In this document: positions 26,754 through 38,632 of the stretch, in pieces
Layout of the letters: every line of letters begins with the position of its first letter
How positions within the stretch are numbered: the first letter of the stretch is position 1
Assembly (NCBI GenBank): GCA_964648865.1
Contig: CAZYLV010000002.1
Location: 79,272-143,271 of the forward strand
Direction: 5' to 3'
Length of the DNA: 64,000 nt
Source of the DNA: an uncultured Gammaproteobacteria bacterium
GTDB taxonomy: Bacteria > Patescibacteriota > Patescibacteriia > 2-12-FULL-57-11
The notes under the pieces: generated by a model
Database searches by the model: none
What the model was told of the DNA's origin: nothing
What the model saw: the letters and a program-made list of their open reading frames with translations, nothing else
Position numbers and translations under genes: made by a program

Positions 26754-27458
26754 ATGCCCTTTACCCCCAAGCCGCCGCCTTCGCCGCCGCGGCTGATCCT
26801 GGCGGACGCCGGCAACGTCCGCGTGGTCTACCGCACCGATCACCGCGCCGAGACCATCGCCCGGTGGCTGTCGCTCGAGGTCGAGGCGGTCACCGCGCTC
26901 ATCCACCGCTCGCACGCCTTCCACCAGCTGGAGCGCGGCGAGTGCACCTGGGAACACTACGTCTCGTTCATCGAGACGACGGTCCAGAAGCGCACCGCCG
27001 CGCCGGAGCTCTGGAACCGCGCGCGGTTCGAGGAGATCTGGGTGGAGGCGCTCACCGGGCCCATCGTGCCGGTCCTCGAGATGCTCGAGGCGCTCGCCAA
27101 GCACGTGCCGGTGGTCTCGGCGTCCAACGTGGACGTCGTGTCCTACGAGCGGGGCGTGGCGCGCGATCCGCGCGTCACGGCGATGCTCTCGGTGCACAGC
27201 GACTCCTTCGTCATCGGTCGCCGCAAAGGAGATCCGGACTACTTCGAGCGCCTGCTGGCCTTCGTCAACGGCGCGCTCGGCACGGACGTCCGGGCCGAGG
27301 AGTGCGTCTTCATCGACGACCGGGTCGAGTACGTGACCGCGGCCATCGGCGCCAAGATGCGCGCCTTGTGGTTCGCCGACCGCCGGCCCGAGGACGTGCA
27401 TGTCCTCCGGCATGAGCTGGTCCAGCGCGGCGGCGTCCCCGCCGAGTGGCTTCCCTGA
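26754..27458 (+). CDS. HAD-like hydrolase, paralog A (degenerate motif I: DAGNV)
   Basis: ILADAGNV at the N-terminus and FIDDR at the C-terminus (motif IV-like). It is similar to the next gene. Confidence 0.55.
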   Translation: MPFTPKPPPSPPRLILADAGNVRVVYRTDHRAETIARWLSLEVEAVTALIHRSHAFHQLERGECTWEHYVSFIETTVQKRTAAPELWNRARFEEIWVEALTGPIVPVLEMLEALAKHVPVVSASNVDVVSYERGVARDPRVTAMLSVHSDSFVIGRRKGDPDYFERLLAFVNGALGTDVRAEECVFIDDRVEYVTAAIGAKMRALWFADRRPEDVHVLRHELVQRGGVPAEWLP

Positions 27459-27516
27459 CGGGGCGGCCCTTTTCTTTTTCCGGCGGATGCCGTAGGTTGC
27501 CGCGCAGGAGGGACCA

Positions 27517-28206
27517 TTGAAACCGTTGAAGTTCATCCTGTCGGACGTCGGCGGCGTGCTGATGCACGTCGATCGGTACGGCCGCGAGCATGCGCTGTCC
27601 CGGCAGTACGGGCTCGACCCGCGCGCGTTGCGCGAGCTGCTCTACGACGAGCGCCTCTTCCACGCCTTGGAGCGTGGGACGCTGGGCTGGGAGGTCTACC
27701 GCGAGACCCGGCTGGCGCACCTGCGCGCGATGGGCGCGGCGCTCGAGGAGGACGCCGAGGGACGCTTCGATGCCACGTGGGTGAGCATCCTGCGCGAGCC
27801 GGTGATGCCGGTGGCGCGCATGTGGCTCGCCCTGCGCAATCGGCTGGAGATCGTCTCGGTCTCCAACGTCGACCCGGTGAGCTACGAGTACGGCGTCCGC
27901 CACCACGCCATGGTCGCCGGGTGCTTCTCGCGGGACGACACGCACTCCTTCCGCTTCGGGCGGAGGAAGGGCGACGACGACTACTTCCCGGCGCTGCTCG
28001 AACGGCTCGACGCGCACCCGGAGGAGTGCCTGTTCGTGGACGACCTGCGGGAGCACGTGGTCGCCGCCAAACGCTACGGCATGGACGTCGTCTGGATGCG
28101 CGAGATCAGCGAGGGCTCGCTGCTCGAGCTCCGGCTGCGGCTCATCGAGCGCGGCGTGGACGCCGAGGCCCTGCCGGAGGGCTGGGCGCCCGGCCCGCGC
28201 TGCTAG
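27517..28206 (+). CDS. HAD-like hydrolase, paralog B (motif I: DVGGV)
   Basis: ILSDVGGVL and FVDD. TTG start with an AGGAGG RBS. Collinear similarity to paralog A (VSNVDPVSYEYGV vs VSASNVDVVSYERGV, FRFGRRKGDDDYF vs FVIGRRKGDPDYF). Confidence 0.55.
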   Translation: MKPLKFILSDVGGVLMHVDRYGREHALSRQYGLDPRALRELLYDERLFHALERGTLGWEVYRETRLAHLRAMGAALEEDAEGRFDATWVSILREPVMPVARMWLALRNRLEIVSVSNVDPVSYEYGVRHHAMVAGCFSRDDTHSFRFGRRKGDDDYFPALLERLDAHPEECLFVDDLREHVVAAKRYGMDVVWMREISEGSLLELRLRLIERGVDAEALPEGWAPGPRC

Positions 28207-28259
28207 CGCCTTCCGGCGCTTTTTCTTTTCTCCCACCGCTGCTAGAGTGGCTGCGACCT

Positions 28260-29099
28260 ATGAAGATCCTGATCATCGGGGCCAAGGGGATGCTCGGCCA
28301 GGAGCTCGCCCGCACCTTCGCCGACCAGCAGCTCACGCTGTGGGACCGCGAGGAAGTCGACATCACCAAGCCCGAGGAATACGGCCTCAAGATCACCGAG
28401 GTCGGCCCCGACCTCATCATCAACGCCGCGGCCATGAACGACGTCGACGGCATCGAGAAGGACGATACCGTCGCGAAACTGGTGAACGGCAGCGCCGTCG
28501 GCTCCATCGCCGACATGTGCTCCATCCTCGGCATCCTGATGGTCCACTACTCCACGGACTACGTCTTCGACGGCATCAAGACCGCGGGCTACGTGGAGAG
28601 CGACAAGCCCGACCCCATCAGCAAGTACGGCGAGAGCAAGCTGCTCGGCGAGCGGTTGCTCAAGCAGGCCACGAGCGAGTATTACCTCATCCGCACCTCG
28701 CGGCTCTTCGGCGCTCCCGCGGCGGCCGAAGGCGCCAAGGCCAGCTTCGTGGACAAGATCATCGCCAAAGCCAAGGAAGGCGGGCCGCTCCAGCTCATCG
28801 ACGCCGAAGTGAGCGCGCCGACCTACGCTCCTGACCTGGCGGCGCGCACCCGGGAGATCCTGGCGCAGCGCAAGCCCTTCGGCATCTACCACGTGACCAA
28901 CGCCGGCGGCTGTACCTGGTACCAATTCGGCAAGAAGGCGCTGGAGCTGGTCGGCCTCGACGTGCCGGTGGAGCCCGTCGGGCCGGATGCCTTCCCACGC
29001 CCGGCCAAGCGCCCGGCGCATTCCGTGCTCAAGAGCACCAAACTCCCCCCGATGCGCTCCTGGGAGGAGGCGCTTGCCGAATACCTGGAGAAGCGGTAA
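28260..29099 (+). CDS. rfbD: dTDP-4-dehydrorhamnose reductase
   Basis: ILIIGAKGMLG, YSTDYVFDG and YGESK are RmlD signatures. Confidence 0.85.
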   Translation: MKILIIGAKGMLGQELARTFADQQLTLWDREEVDITKPEEYGLKITEVGPDLIINAAAMNDVDGIEKDDTVAKLVNGSAVGSIADMCSILGILMVHYSTDYVFDGIKTAGYVESDKPDPISKYGESKLLGERLLKQATSEYYLIRTSRLFGAPAAAEGAKASFVDKIIAKAKEGGPLQLIDAEVSAPTYAPDLAARTREILAQRKPFGIYHVTNAGGCTWYQFGKKALELVGLDVPVEPVGPDAFPRPAKRPAHSVLKSTKLPPMRSWEEALAEYLEKR

Positions 29100-29108
29100 A
29101 ACGCGCGC

Positions 29109-30185
29109 ATGAAAGCGGTCCTCACGGGAGGAGGGCGCGCCACCCGGCTGCGGCCCATCACCTACACCTGGAACAAGCACCTCATCCCGCTTGCCAACAA
29201 GCCGATGATTTTCCACGCCATCGAGAAGGTCGTGGACGCCGGCATCACGGACATCGCCATCAACACCAACCCCGGCGAGACCGAGCTCCAGAAGGCCATC
29301 GGCGACGGCAGCCGCTGGGGCGCGCGTATCCATTTCTTCGAGCAACAGGGCGGCCCGCTCGGCATCGCCAACGTGCCCAAGCAGGCGCAGGAGTGGATCG
29401 GAGACGGTCCCTTCCTGTTCTACCTTTCGGACAACATCGTGCTCGGGGACATCAGGCATCTGGTGTCGAAGTTCAACGACGAGCGGCACGATGCGCTGAT
29501 GACCCTGGCGAAGGTCCCGGACGCACGGCGCTTCGGCGTCCCGGAGTTCCAGGACGGCAAGATCGTCCGGCTCGAGGAGAAGCCGGCGCAGCCCAAGTCG
29601 GACTACGCCGTGACCGGGCTGTACGTGTTCAACAACGACTTTTTCCGCGCCTACGATACCGTCAAGCCATCGGTGCGCGGCGAGTACGAGATCACCGAGA
29701 TCTACAACTGGTACCTCGCCAACGCCAAGAAGGTCGGCCATGCCGAGATCACCGGGTGGTGGAAGGATACCGGCAAGCCCGAGGACCTGCTCGAGGGCAA
29801 CCAGCTCATCCTGGACGAGATGACGCCGGCCGAGGCGGTGCGCGAGGGGACGATCGATCCGGGCGCGACGGTCCAGGGCAAAGTGCGCATCGGAAAGGGG
29901 AGCACGATCGGCCCAGGCACGCTCATCCGCGGTCCGGTGGCCATCGGGGACGACTGCACCATCGAGGCGAGCTACATCGGTCCGTATACCTCCATCGGCG
30001 ACAACGCCACCGTCCGCGGCGCCGAGATCGAGCACTGCATCGTCTTCGATAACGTCACCGTGAACTGCCAGGCCCGCATCGTGGATTCGCTCATCGGCAA
30101 GGATGCCTGCGTGACCTCCAAGCAAGGGACGCGCCCACACGGGCACAAGTTCGTGATCGGGGACAACGCGCGGGTGGAGATTTAA
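29109..30185 (+). CDS. rfbA: Glucose-1-phosphate thymidylyltransferase (long form with a C-terminal left-handed beta-helix)
   Basis: GGGRATRLRPIT sugar-nucleotidyltransferase motif and a hexapeptide-repeat C-terminal domain. Confidence 0.8.
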   Translation: MKAVLTGGGRATRLRPITYTWNKHLIPLANKPMIFHAIEKVVDAGITDIAINTNPGETELQKAIGDGSRWGARIHFFEQQGGPLGIANVPKQAQEWIGDGPFLFYLSDNIVLGDIRHLVSKFNDERHDALMTLAKVPDARRFGVPEFQDGKIVRLEEKPAQPKSDYAVTGLYVFNNDFFRAYDTVKPSVRGEYEITEIYNWYLANAKKVGHAEITGWWKDTGKPEDLLEGNQLILDEMTPAEAVREGTIDPGATVQGKVRIGKGSTIGPGTLIRGPVAIGDDCTIEASYIGPYTSIGDNATVRGAEIEHCIVFDNVTVNCQARIVDSLIGKDACVTSKQGTRPHGHKFVIGDNARVEI

Positions 30186-30253
30186 GGTTTGACAAGCGGT
30201 GTTTTTTTGTGCATGCTCGCGTCGCTGACGCGGTCAGCAGGAGGTGAGGGACA

Positions 30254-31288
30254 GTGGTCTTTTCCAAGGCGTTCGAGACGCTGCTTGAGGCAATCCGGGA
30301 GGGACGCGTGACCGACGCGCATCTCGAGGCCTTCGCGGCCGATCCGGACCGGGTGCTCGATGGGAAGGAAGGCGATGTCGCGACGGACGGGGACTTCCTC
30401 GCCCCGCCGCGTGCCACGCTGAGCGCGGAGGAGTTGCGCCGACGCCGTGCGGGCTTCAGCACGCCGGTCCACGCCGGTGGCGTGCCGCTGCAGCGTGCGG
30501 AGTACGACGGCGACGTGTACGTCGTCGCAGGGGAGGACGTCTGGGGGCCGTTCGAGGCCGCCTACGACCTGGAATTGGCGGACGGCAAGCCGCTCTACCG
30601 CGCCCGCTGCGAGGATGGGTGGTGGCAGGTCTTCCACGGGGAGGAGGCCTCGACGTCGTATCTCGCCATCACGCGCCTGCTGTTCGAGGACGGTAAGCCG
30701 CTGTATGTGGCGCAGCTGCCGACGAAGCTCTGGTGCGTGGTCCACGGAACGACGATCTACCGGGATTGGGCCTCCATCGAGACCGATCCGCGGATCGTCG
30801 AAGGAGCGCCGCTCTACGTGGCGATGTCGGGCGACCACTGCTTCGTCGCCCACGGGAACACGTCTTGGGGCGGCCATAAGTGCAGCTCGTCGCAGGTCTT
30901 ACACCGTCGACTCGAGGCGGGCGAGCCGCTGTACACGGTGGGTCACGAGCTCTATTGGGGGAATCGTCGTATTGGATGGTACGCGAGGGTGGCGAAGGTC
31001 CTGGGTAGCCATGGCGGCGAGCCGGTCTTCGTCGCCAAGGGTTTCAGTTACGAGCCCTGGAGCGTCTATTTCGGCAAGCGCCGTATCGCCCACCGCGTCG
31101 ATACGCTGAGCTGTCGACTCGAGGGGGACACGCTGCGCTTCATCCAGGAGTACCCCTGGCCCCTGAACTTGGTCCGTATCCGGCGGGAACGGTACGTCCC
31201 GCTCGCCACGTCGACGTCGCTCGCGCTTCCTGCCGAAGCAGGGCCCGGGCCGTATCGCAAGCGGCTTCCGGCCAAGACCGGGAGCTAG
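30254..31288 (+). CDS. WG-repeat-containing protein (five ~40-aa repeats of the form G-x-PLY...W...G)
   Basis: Repeats GKPLYRARCEDGWWQVFHG, GKPLYVAQLPTKLWCVVHG, GAPLYVAMSGDHCFVAHG, GEPLYTVGHELYWG and GEPVFVAKGFSYEPWSVYFG. GTG start after the RBS GGAGGTGAGGGA. Confidence 0.6.
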   Translation: MVFSKAFETLLEAIREGRVTDAHLEAFAADPDRVLDGKEGDVATDGDFLAPPRATLSAEELRRRRAGFSTPVHAGGVPLQRAEYDGDVYVVAGEDVWGPFEAAYDLELADGKPLYRARCEDGWWQVFHGEEASTSYLAITRLLFEDGKPLYVAQLPTKLWCVVHGTTIYRDWASIETDPRIVEGAPLYVAMSGDHCFVAHGNTSWGGHKCSSSQVLHRRLEAGEPLYTVGHELYWGNRRIGWYARVAKVLGSHGGEPVFVAKGFSYEPWSVYFGKRRIAHRVDTLSCRLEGDTLRFIQEYPWPLNLVRIRRERYVPLATSTSLALPAEAGPGPYRKRLPAKTGS

Positions 31289-31314
31289 ACGCCTCACAGG
31301 CGTCTTTTTCTTTT
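31288..31314. terminator. Bidirectional intrinsic terminator
   Basis: Hairpin GACGCC-TCACA-GGCGTC followed by TTTTTCTTTT, between convergent genes. Confidence 0.7.
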
Positions 31315-32623
31315 ACGGGACCACGATCGGATACCGATAGACGCCGGGCCGGCCGGCGGGGGCGGCGATGGCATGGATCGCGGCCCCTCTTGCGTCTACG
31401 GCGAAGGCCGAGAAGCCGGGCAGGGAAAACAACCCGGTCACCAGGCGGCGCTCGCGGTCGTCACGCTCGATGGCGGCGAGGGTGTCTCCGGTGGCGTAGA
31501 GCACGTGCGTGCCGCCGGGATACCAGGCGGCGTCGCGGATCGGTGCGCCGAGGCGCGTCAGGAGTTTGATGCTGCCGTCCGCTTCCATGACGGAGAGCTC
31601 CAGATCGTCCCAGAACAGCAGCTCCTGCGGGCCGTCCGTGCGCCATGCGGCGCCGGTCGCCGTCCGCTCCAGACGCACGTCGCCCTCGGCGGAAAAGACG
31701 CGCACCTTGCCCTCGCCCACGACGGTCAGCAGCCCGTTCGGGGAGGGGATGAAGCGGACGTCGTCCCCGGGGATGCGCAGCAGGCCTTGGCGCAGCACGG
31801 CGCCGTTGGCGGCGAGCGTGTCGATGCGCAGCCCGCCGGGCTCGGGACGGCCCACGTAGAAGATGCCGTCCTGGTGCCACACGGCGCCGGCCGTGCCGGT
31901 GGCCATGCGTTGCGGCGCGCGGCCCGGGGCGATGAACCAGGCCGCGTCCCCGGCCAAGCCGAACAGCGCCTCGCTGGGGCCGCGCACCCAGGCCCAGCGG
32001 GTGAGCGGCGCAGGCAGGTCCAGCGTCTCGGTGCGCGGTCCGGCGGGGGTGATGAGCGCGGACGAGGCTTCGCCTGCCGCCAGCAGGAGGCTGCCGGAGG
32101 GGCTCCAGGACAAGGCCAGGGTCGAGGTCGCGGGCAGCCGCGTGGCGACGGAGGAGGCGCCGGTCCCGCGCCGCAGGACGACTTCCACGAGTCCCGCGGC
32201 GGCATCGTCGTGGGCGAGCGTCCCGTCCGGGCCGACGGCCAGCGCGGTGGCCGTGACGTCCGCCGAGCGCACCGGGAGCTGGTCGGGGAACAGGACGACG
32301 TGCTCGGCGAAGGTCGTGCTGCGGCTTGCCACAGTCAAGGATTTGCTCCAGGGATGATAGCCGTCGCGGCGTACCGTGACCCGATACTCCCGCGGCAGGA
32401 GCGCCGTGAACCGGGCCGGGGTGCGCTGGCGCTGGGCGATGCCGTCGAGCAGGACGTCGGCGCCGGACGGCGCGGAGCGCAGCACCAGGATGCCGGTCTG
32501 CTCCAGCCGCCGGGTGCGCAGGTTGATGCGGTAGCCGGCCGTGGTCAGCAGCACCAACGGCACGCTGGCCAGGAAGAGCAGGGTGAACAGCAAGGCGATG
32601 ACGGTCTGGATGCGGATGCGCAT
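31313..32623 (-). CDS. Membrane-anchored PEGA-domain protein with a C-terminal beta-propeller-like (TolB-like) region
   Basis: An N-terminal TM anchor, a PEGA-like segment (GILVLRSAPSGADVLLDG...YRVTVRRDGY) and a repetitive W/G-rich C-terminal region. The opposite-strand ORFs are Arg-rich and were rejected. Confidence 0.6.
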   Translation of the reverse strand: MRIRIQTVIALLFTLLFLASVPLVLLTTAGYRINLRTRRLEQTGILVLRSAPSGADVLLDGIAQRQRTPARFTALLPREYRVTVRRDGYHPWSKSLTVASRSTTFAEHVVLFPDQLPVRSADVTATALAVGPDGTLAHDDAAAGLVEVVLRRGTGASSVATRLPATSTLALSWSPSGSLLLAAGEASSALITPAGPRTETLDLPAPLTRWAWVRGPSEALFGLAGDAAWFIAPGRAPQRMATGTAGAVWHQDGIFYVGRPEPGGLRIDTLAANGAVLRQGLLRIPGDDVRFIPSPNGLLTVVGEGKVRVFSAEGDVRLERTATGAAWRTDGPQELLFWDDLELSVMEADGSIKLLTRLGAPIRDAAWYPGGTHVLYATGDTLAAIERDDRERRLVTGLFSLPGFSAFAVDARGAAIHAIAAPAGRPGVYRYPIVVP

Positions 32624-32634
32624 GTATATGCTGG

Positions 32635-32662
32635 GTAGGGGCGTAATGCATTACGCCCCTAC
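32635..32662. repeat. Perfect 28-bp palindrome GTAGGGGCGTAATGCATTACGCCCCTAC (copy 1 of a recurring motif). It ends 5 nt upstream of the murA -35 element and 12 nt upstream of the divergent PEGA gene start.
   Basis: The reverse complement is identical to the forward sequence. The candidate murA promoter is TTGCAT (32667-32672), a 17-nt spacer, and TACATT (32690-32695). Confidence 0.8.
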
Positions 32663-32704
32663 GGGCTTGCATGATCCCCAAAAACCTGATACATTCACCG
32701 TCTT

Positions 32705-33961
32705 ATGGCGCATTTTTCGATCGTCGGCGGCACCCCGCTCTCCGGGGAGATCCGCGTATCCGGTGCCAAGAACGCGGCGCTCAAGTTCTTGGCGGCGACC
32801 GTGCTTTTGGACGGCCCCGTGACCCTGCGCAACGTCCCGGACATCGAGGACGTGCGGCGCATGGCAGAGCTCCTCAAGGGCCTTGGCGCGGCCGTGGAGG
32901 CCTCGGAGCGCAACCAGTATACCATCGACCCCTCCGGCATCTCGACGGAACGGCTGGACCCAGTCTTGGCGCCCAAGATCCGCGTCTCGACCCTGCTCGT
33001 GGCCGGGCTCCTGGTGCGCCGCGGCTCGGCCACCCTGCCGTTCCCGGGCGGCTGTGCCATCGGCCGCCGGCCGATCGACCTGTTTTTGGAGGGCTACCGC
33101 GCCTTCGGGGCGACGGTCGAGGAAGACGACAAGGAAATCCGCTTCTCGACCAAGAAGCTCACCCCGGCCCGCTTCGTCTTCCCCATCGTCAGCCATACGG
33201 CCACGGAGGCCCTGATGATGCTGGCGGCCCGCGTCCCGGGGGAGAGCGTCCTGGTGAACTGCGCCATGGAGCCCGAAGTGGGCGCGCTGGCCGATTTCCT
33301 CAACTCCTGCGGAGCCAAGGTGAGCGGCGCCGGCACGCCGACCATCCGTATCCAGGGCGTGGCGCGGCTCTCCGGCGGCGAGGCCGACATCATCCCGGAC
33401 CGCATCGAGGCCGGCAGCTTCTTGGCGCTGGCTGCGGCGACGCGTAGCGCCATCACCGTGCGCGGCGTGGATCCGGAGCACATCGAGGTGCCGCTCCAGT
33501 ACCTGCGGCGTATGGGGGTGCCCGTCGAGGTCCGCGGCGCGGACGTCGTCGTCTCGCCCTGGACGGAGCTCAAGGCCGTCAACATCACCACGCACGAGTA
33601 TCCGGGTTTCCCCACGGACATGCAGCCGCCGTTCACGGTGCTGCTCACCCAGGCCACGGGCAGCGCGCTCGTCCATGAGACGCTGTTCGAGAGCCGGCTG
33701 TTCTTCACGGACAAGCTCAACAAGATGGGCGCCGAGATCGTGCTCTGCGACCCGCACCGCGTGCTCGTCCAAGGGCCGACGGCGCTGCGGGGGACGACGC
33801 TGGAATCCCCGGACATCCGGGCCGGTCTGGCGCTCGTCATCGCGGCGCTGGCGGCCGACGGCACGAGCCGGATCGAGAACATCTACCAGATCGACCGCGG
33901 TTACGAGGCCATCGAGGAGCGCCTCCGGGCCCTCGGGGCGGATATTCACAGGGTCGAATAG
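32705..33961 (+). CDS. murA: UDP-N-acetylglucosamine 1-carboxyvinyltransferase
   Basis: The MurA-type N-terminus (GAKNAALK) and full-length collinearity with MurA (~418 aa). Confidence 0.9.
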   Translation: MAHFSIVGGTPLSGEIRVSGAKNAALKFLAATVLLDGPVTLRNVPDIEDVRRMAELLKGLGAAVEASERNQYTIDPSGISTERLDPVLAPKIRVSTLLVAGLLVRRGSATLPFPGGCAIGRRPIDLFLEGYRAFGATVEEDDKEIRFSTKKLTPARFVFPIVSHTATEALMMLAARVPGESVLVNCAMEPEVGALADFLNSCGAKVSGAGTPTIRIQGVARLSGGEADIIPDRIEAGSFLALAAATRSAITVRGVDPEHIEVPLQYLRRMGVPVEVRGADVVVSPWTELKAVNITTHEYPGFPTDMQPPFTVLLTQATGSALVHETLFESRLFFTDKLNKMGAEIVLCDPHRVLVQGPTALRGTTLESPDIRAGLALVIAALAADGTSRIENIYQIDRGYEAIEERLRALGADIHRVE

Positions 33962-33965
33962 CGAA

Positions 33966-34018
33966 TAGGGAATGACGAATAGCGGGACTTGTAGGGGTCC
34001 CGCTATTCTCTATTCGCC
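33966..34018. terminator. Large imperfect inverted repeat or hairpin between convergent genes (CGAATAGCGGGAC-TTGTAGG-GGTCCCGCTATTC core)
   Basis: A 12-bp GC-rich stem flanked by further partially complementary GAATAG repeats. There is no clean U-tract, so terminator function is inferred from position only. Confidence 0.4.
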
Positions 34019-34023
34019 ATTCC

Positions 34024-34401
34024 TCACTCCGTGACGGTCACAGCACCGGTTTTTGCCGGGTTCAGATGGTCGTGGAAGCGCCAGGTGCCGGGCCGGTCGA
34101 AGGTGAAGCGGTAGTGGTCGCCCGGCGGGATGCTCCGAAAGGCGTCGAATCCCGGGTATTCCTGGTGCGTGGGGTGGACCGCGGACGCCGGCCAATGATT
34201 GCGGACGCCGTCGTTGCGGAAGTAGACCGTCGTCCCTGTGGGGACTTCCAGGCTGGGCGGGGTAAAACCGTCGCTGGTCATGGAGATGACCGGCGCGCCC
34301 TCCGGGATGGCTGCGGGCGGCGCGTTTGACGTCGCCGGCGTGCAGCCCGCACCCAGGAGCAGGAGGGCTGCGGAGATGGGGATAACGGCCAGACGACGCA
34401 T
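34024..34401 (-). CDS. Cupredoxin-like lipoprotein
   Basis: Lipobox LLLLGAGC after MRRLAVIPISAA, followed by a beta-rich domain with EVPTGTTVYFRNDG and several His residues. The ORF track extends to 34557, but the lipoprotein start is at 34401. Confidence 0.5.
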   Translation of the reverse strand: MRRLAVIPISAALLLLGAGCTPATSNAPPAAIPEGAPVISMTSDGFTPPSLEVPTGTTVYFRNDGVRNHWPASAVHPTHQEYPGFDAFRSIPPGDHYRFTFDRPGTWRFHDHLNPAKTGAVTVTE

Positions 34402-34477
34402 AGCTTTCTCGACATTAGGGGACCATTGCCCGAAGGCATCATGCGACTTATCATACGGGAGGTTTCCCGAGTCTTCC

Positions 34478-35053
34478 ATGAGCCATCCTCTCGTCATCGA
34501 CATCGAGACCCAGAACACCTTCCAGGAGGTGGGCAAGTACGACCACCGGTTGCTCAAGGTCTCGCTTGTCGGGGCCTACGACTATGCCACCGGGCAGTAC
34601 GAGTCCTATCTCGAGCAGGAACTCCCGGCGCTCTGGAAGAAGATGGAGCAGGCTTCGGCCGTCATCGGCTACAACATCATCGGGTTCGACCTCCCGGTCC
34701 TCAACAACTACTACCCGGGCGACCTCACCAAGCTCCCCACGGTGGACCTGATGTACATGCTCGAGAAGCAGATCGGGTTCCGTCTCAAGCTCGATGACGT
34801 GGCCCACGGCACGCTCGGGGTGGGGAAGAGCGGCACGGGGCTCCTGGCCGTCGAGTACTGGAAGAAGGGGGAGCTCGACAAGCTCCGGGAGTACTGCCTG
34901 CAGGACGTGAAGGTCACCAAGGACCTCTACGACTACGTCCAGTCCTACAACCACCTCAAGTACCGGGATCGGCAGGGGACCGAGGTAATCGTCCCGCTGG
35001 CCGTGCTGGCGCCGGCCGCCCGGCCGCCCGTGAACCTGACCATGCCGTTTTAG
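34478..35053 (+). CDS. DEDD-family 3'-5' exonuclease (DnaQ/RNase T/oligoribonuclease-like)
   Basis: LVIDIETQN (exo motif I, with Asp and Glu) and YNIIGFDLPVL (motif II). Confidence 0.65.
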   Translation: MSHPLVIDIETQNTFQEVGKYDHRLLKVSLVGAYDYATGQYESYLEQELPALWKKMEQASAVIGYNIIGFDLPVLNNYYPGDLTKLPTVDLMYMLEKQIGFRLKLDDVAHGTLGVGKSGTGLLAVEYWKKGELDKLREYCLQDVKVTKDLYDYVQSYNHLKYRDRQGTEVIVPLAVLAPAARPPVNLTMPF

Positions 35054-35082
35054 GGGCTTTTCTCGGGCCGAAGGGTCGCACA

Positions 35083-35131
35083 ACACAAGATGTTGTGGTC
35101 AAAGAGTTGTGGATAACACTATATGTTGTGG
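35083..35131 (+). promoter_or_regulatory. Two tandem NrdR boxes (ACACAAGATGTTGTGG and ACACTATATGTTGTGG) upstream of the ribonucleotide reductase gene
   Basis: Both 16-mers match the NrdR-box consensus acaCwAtATaTwGtgt. Their centres are ~33 bp apart, in a locally AT-richer stretch 60 bp upstream of the nrdJ ATG. Confidence 0.75.
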
Positions 35132-35190
35132 TCGATACCCGAGCGGTGGTATCGTAGGAGGGTCGCTCACCCGTAACCACGTCGGAGGAT

Positions 35191-38349
<3,159 letters not shown>

Positions 38350-38350
38350 T

Positions 38351-38611
38351 ATGACGCGCGACCAGCTGCGAGGGATGATCCAGAAGCTCGACCTCGGCAA
38401 GGCGGACGAGGAGTTGGCCGGGGAGATCCTGGCCGAGACGCCGGACGAGGAGCTTGATACGTTGGCGGCCATCGTCGGCGACCGCGAGGCGCTGCGCACG
38501 CTCATCCGCAACTACCGCGAAGAGGCGGCCGGGGAGAAGGAGGAGGACGTCTTCGAGGGCGCGCCGGACCTGATCGGCCATGCCGTCGCAGAAGACGAAA
38601 AACAGGAGTAG
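38351..38611 (+). CDS. Small acidic hypothetical protein, translationally coupled to nrdJ
   Basis: Its ATG overlaps the nrdJ stop (TGATATG). 86 aa, rich in Glu and Asp. Confidence 0.4.
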   Translation: MTRDQLRGMIQKLDLGKADEELAGEILAETPDEELDTLAAIVGDREALRTLIRNYREEAAGEKEEDVFEGAPDLIGHAVAEDEKQE

Positions 38612-38631
38612 GGGCGTGATGCGTCACGCCC
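38611..38631. repeat. Copy 2 of the recurring palindrome (GGGGCGTGATGCGTCACGCCC). It lies exactly between the AGGAG RBS (38604-38608) and the ATG (38633) of the corrinoid adenosyltransferase gene.
   Basis: A 20-bp near-perfect palindrome with one central G.T pair. The arms are identical to those of copy 3. Confidence 0.8.
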
Positions 38632-38632
38632 T

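Noticed and set aside
28242-30146. A 634-aa minus-strand ORF
   Set aside because: It is antisense to rfbD and rfbA, which carry unambiguous RmlD and RmlA motifs.
31373-32681. The plus-strand 421-aa ORF and an alternative minus-strand 406-aa ORF overlapping the PEGA gene
   Set aside because: Both are Arg/Gly/Pro-rich shadow frames. The chosen minus-strand frame (31313-32623) has a TM anchor, a PEGA-like beta segment and ends at a clean terminator.
35054-35190. A possible cobalamin riboswitch upstream of nrdJ and the B12 salvage genes
   Set aside because: The region is only 137 nt and is occupied by two NrdR boxes and a promoter-like stretch. I could not find the conserved B12-box or the multi-stem architecture. 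The intergenic regions before the corrinoid adenosyltransferase and DUF4430 genes are 11-22 nt, too short for a riboswitch. A covariance-model scan is still needed to be certain.
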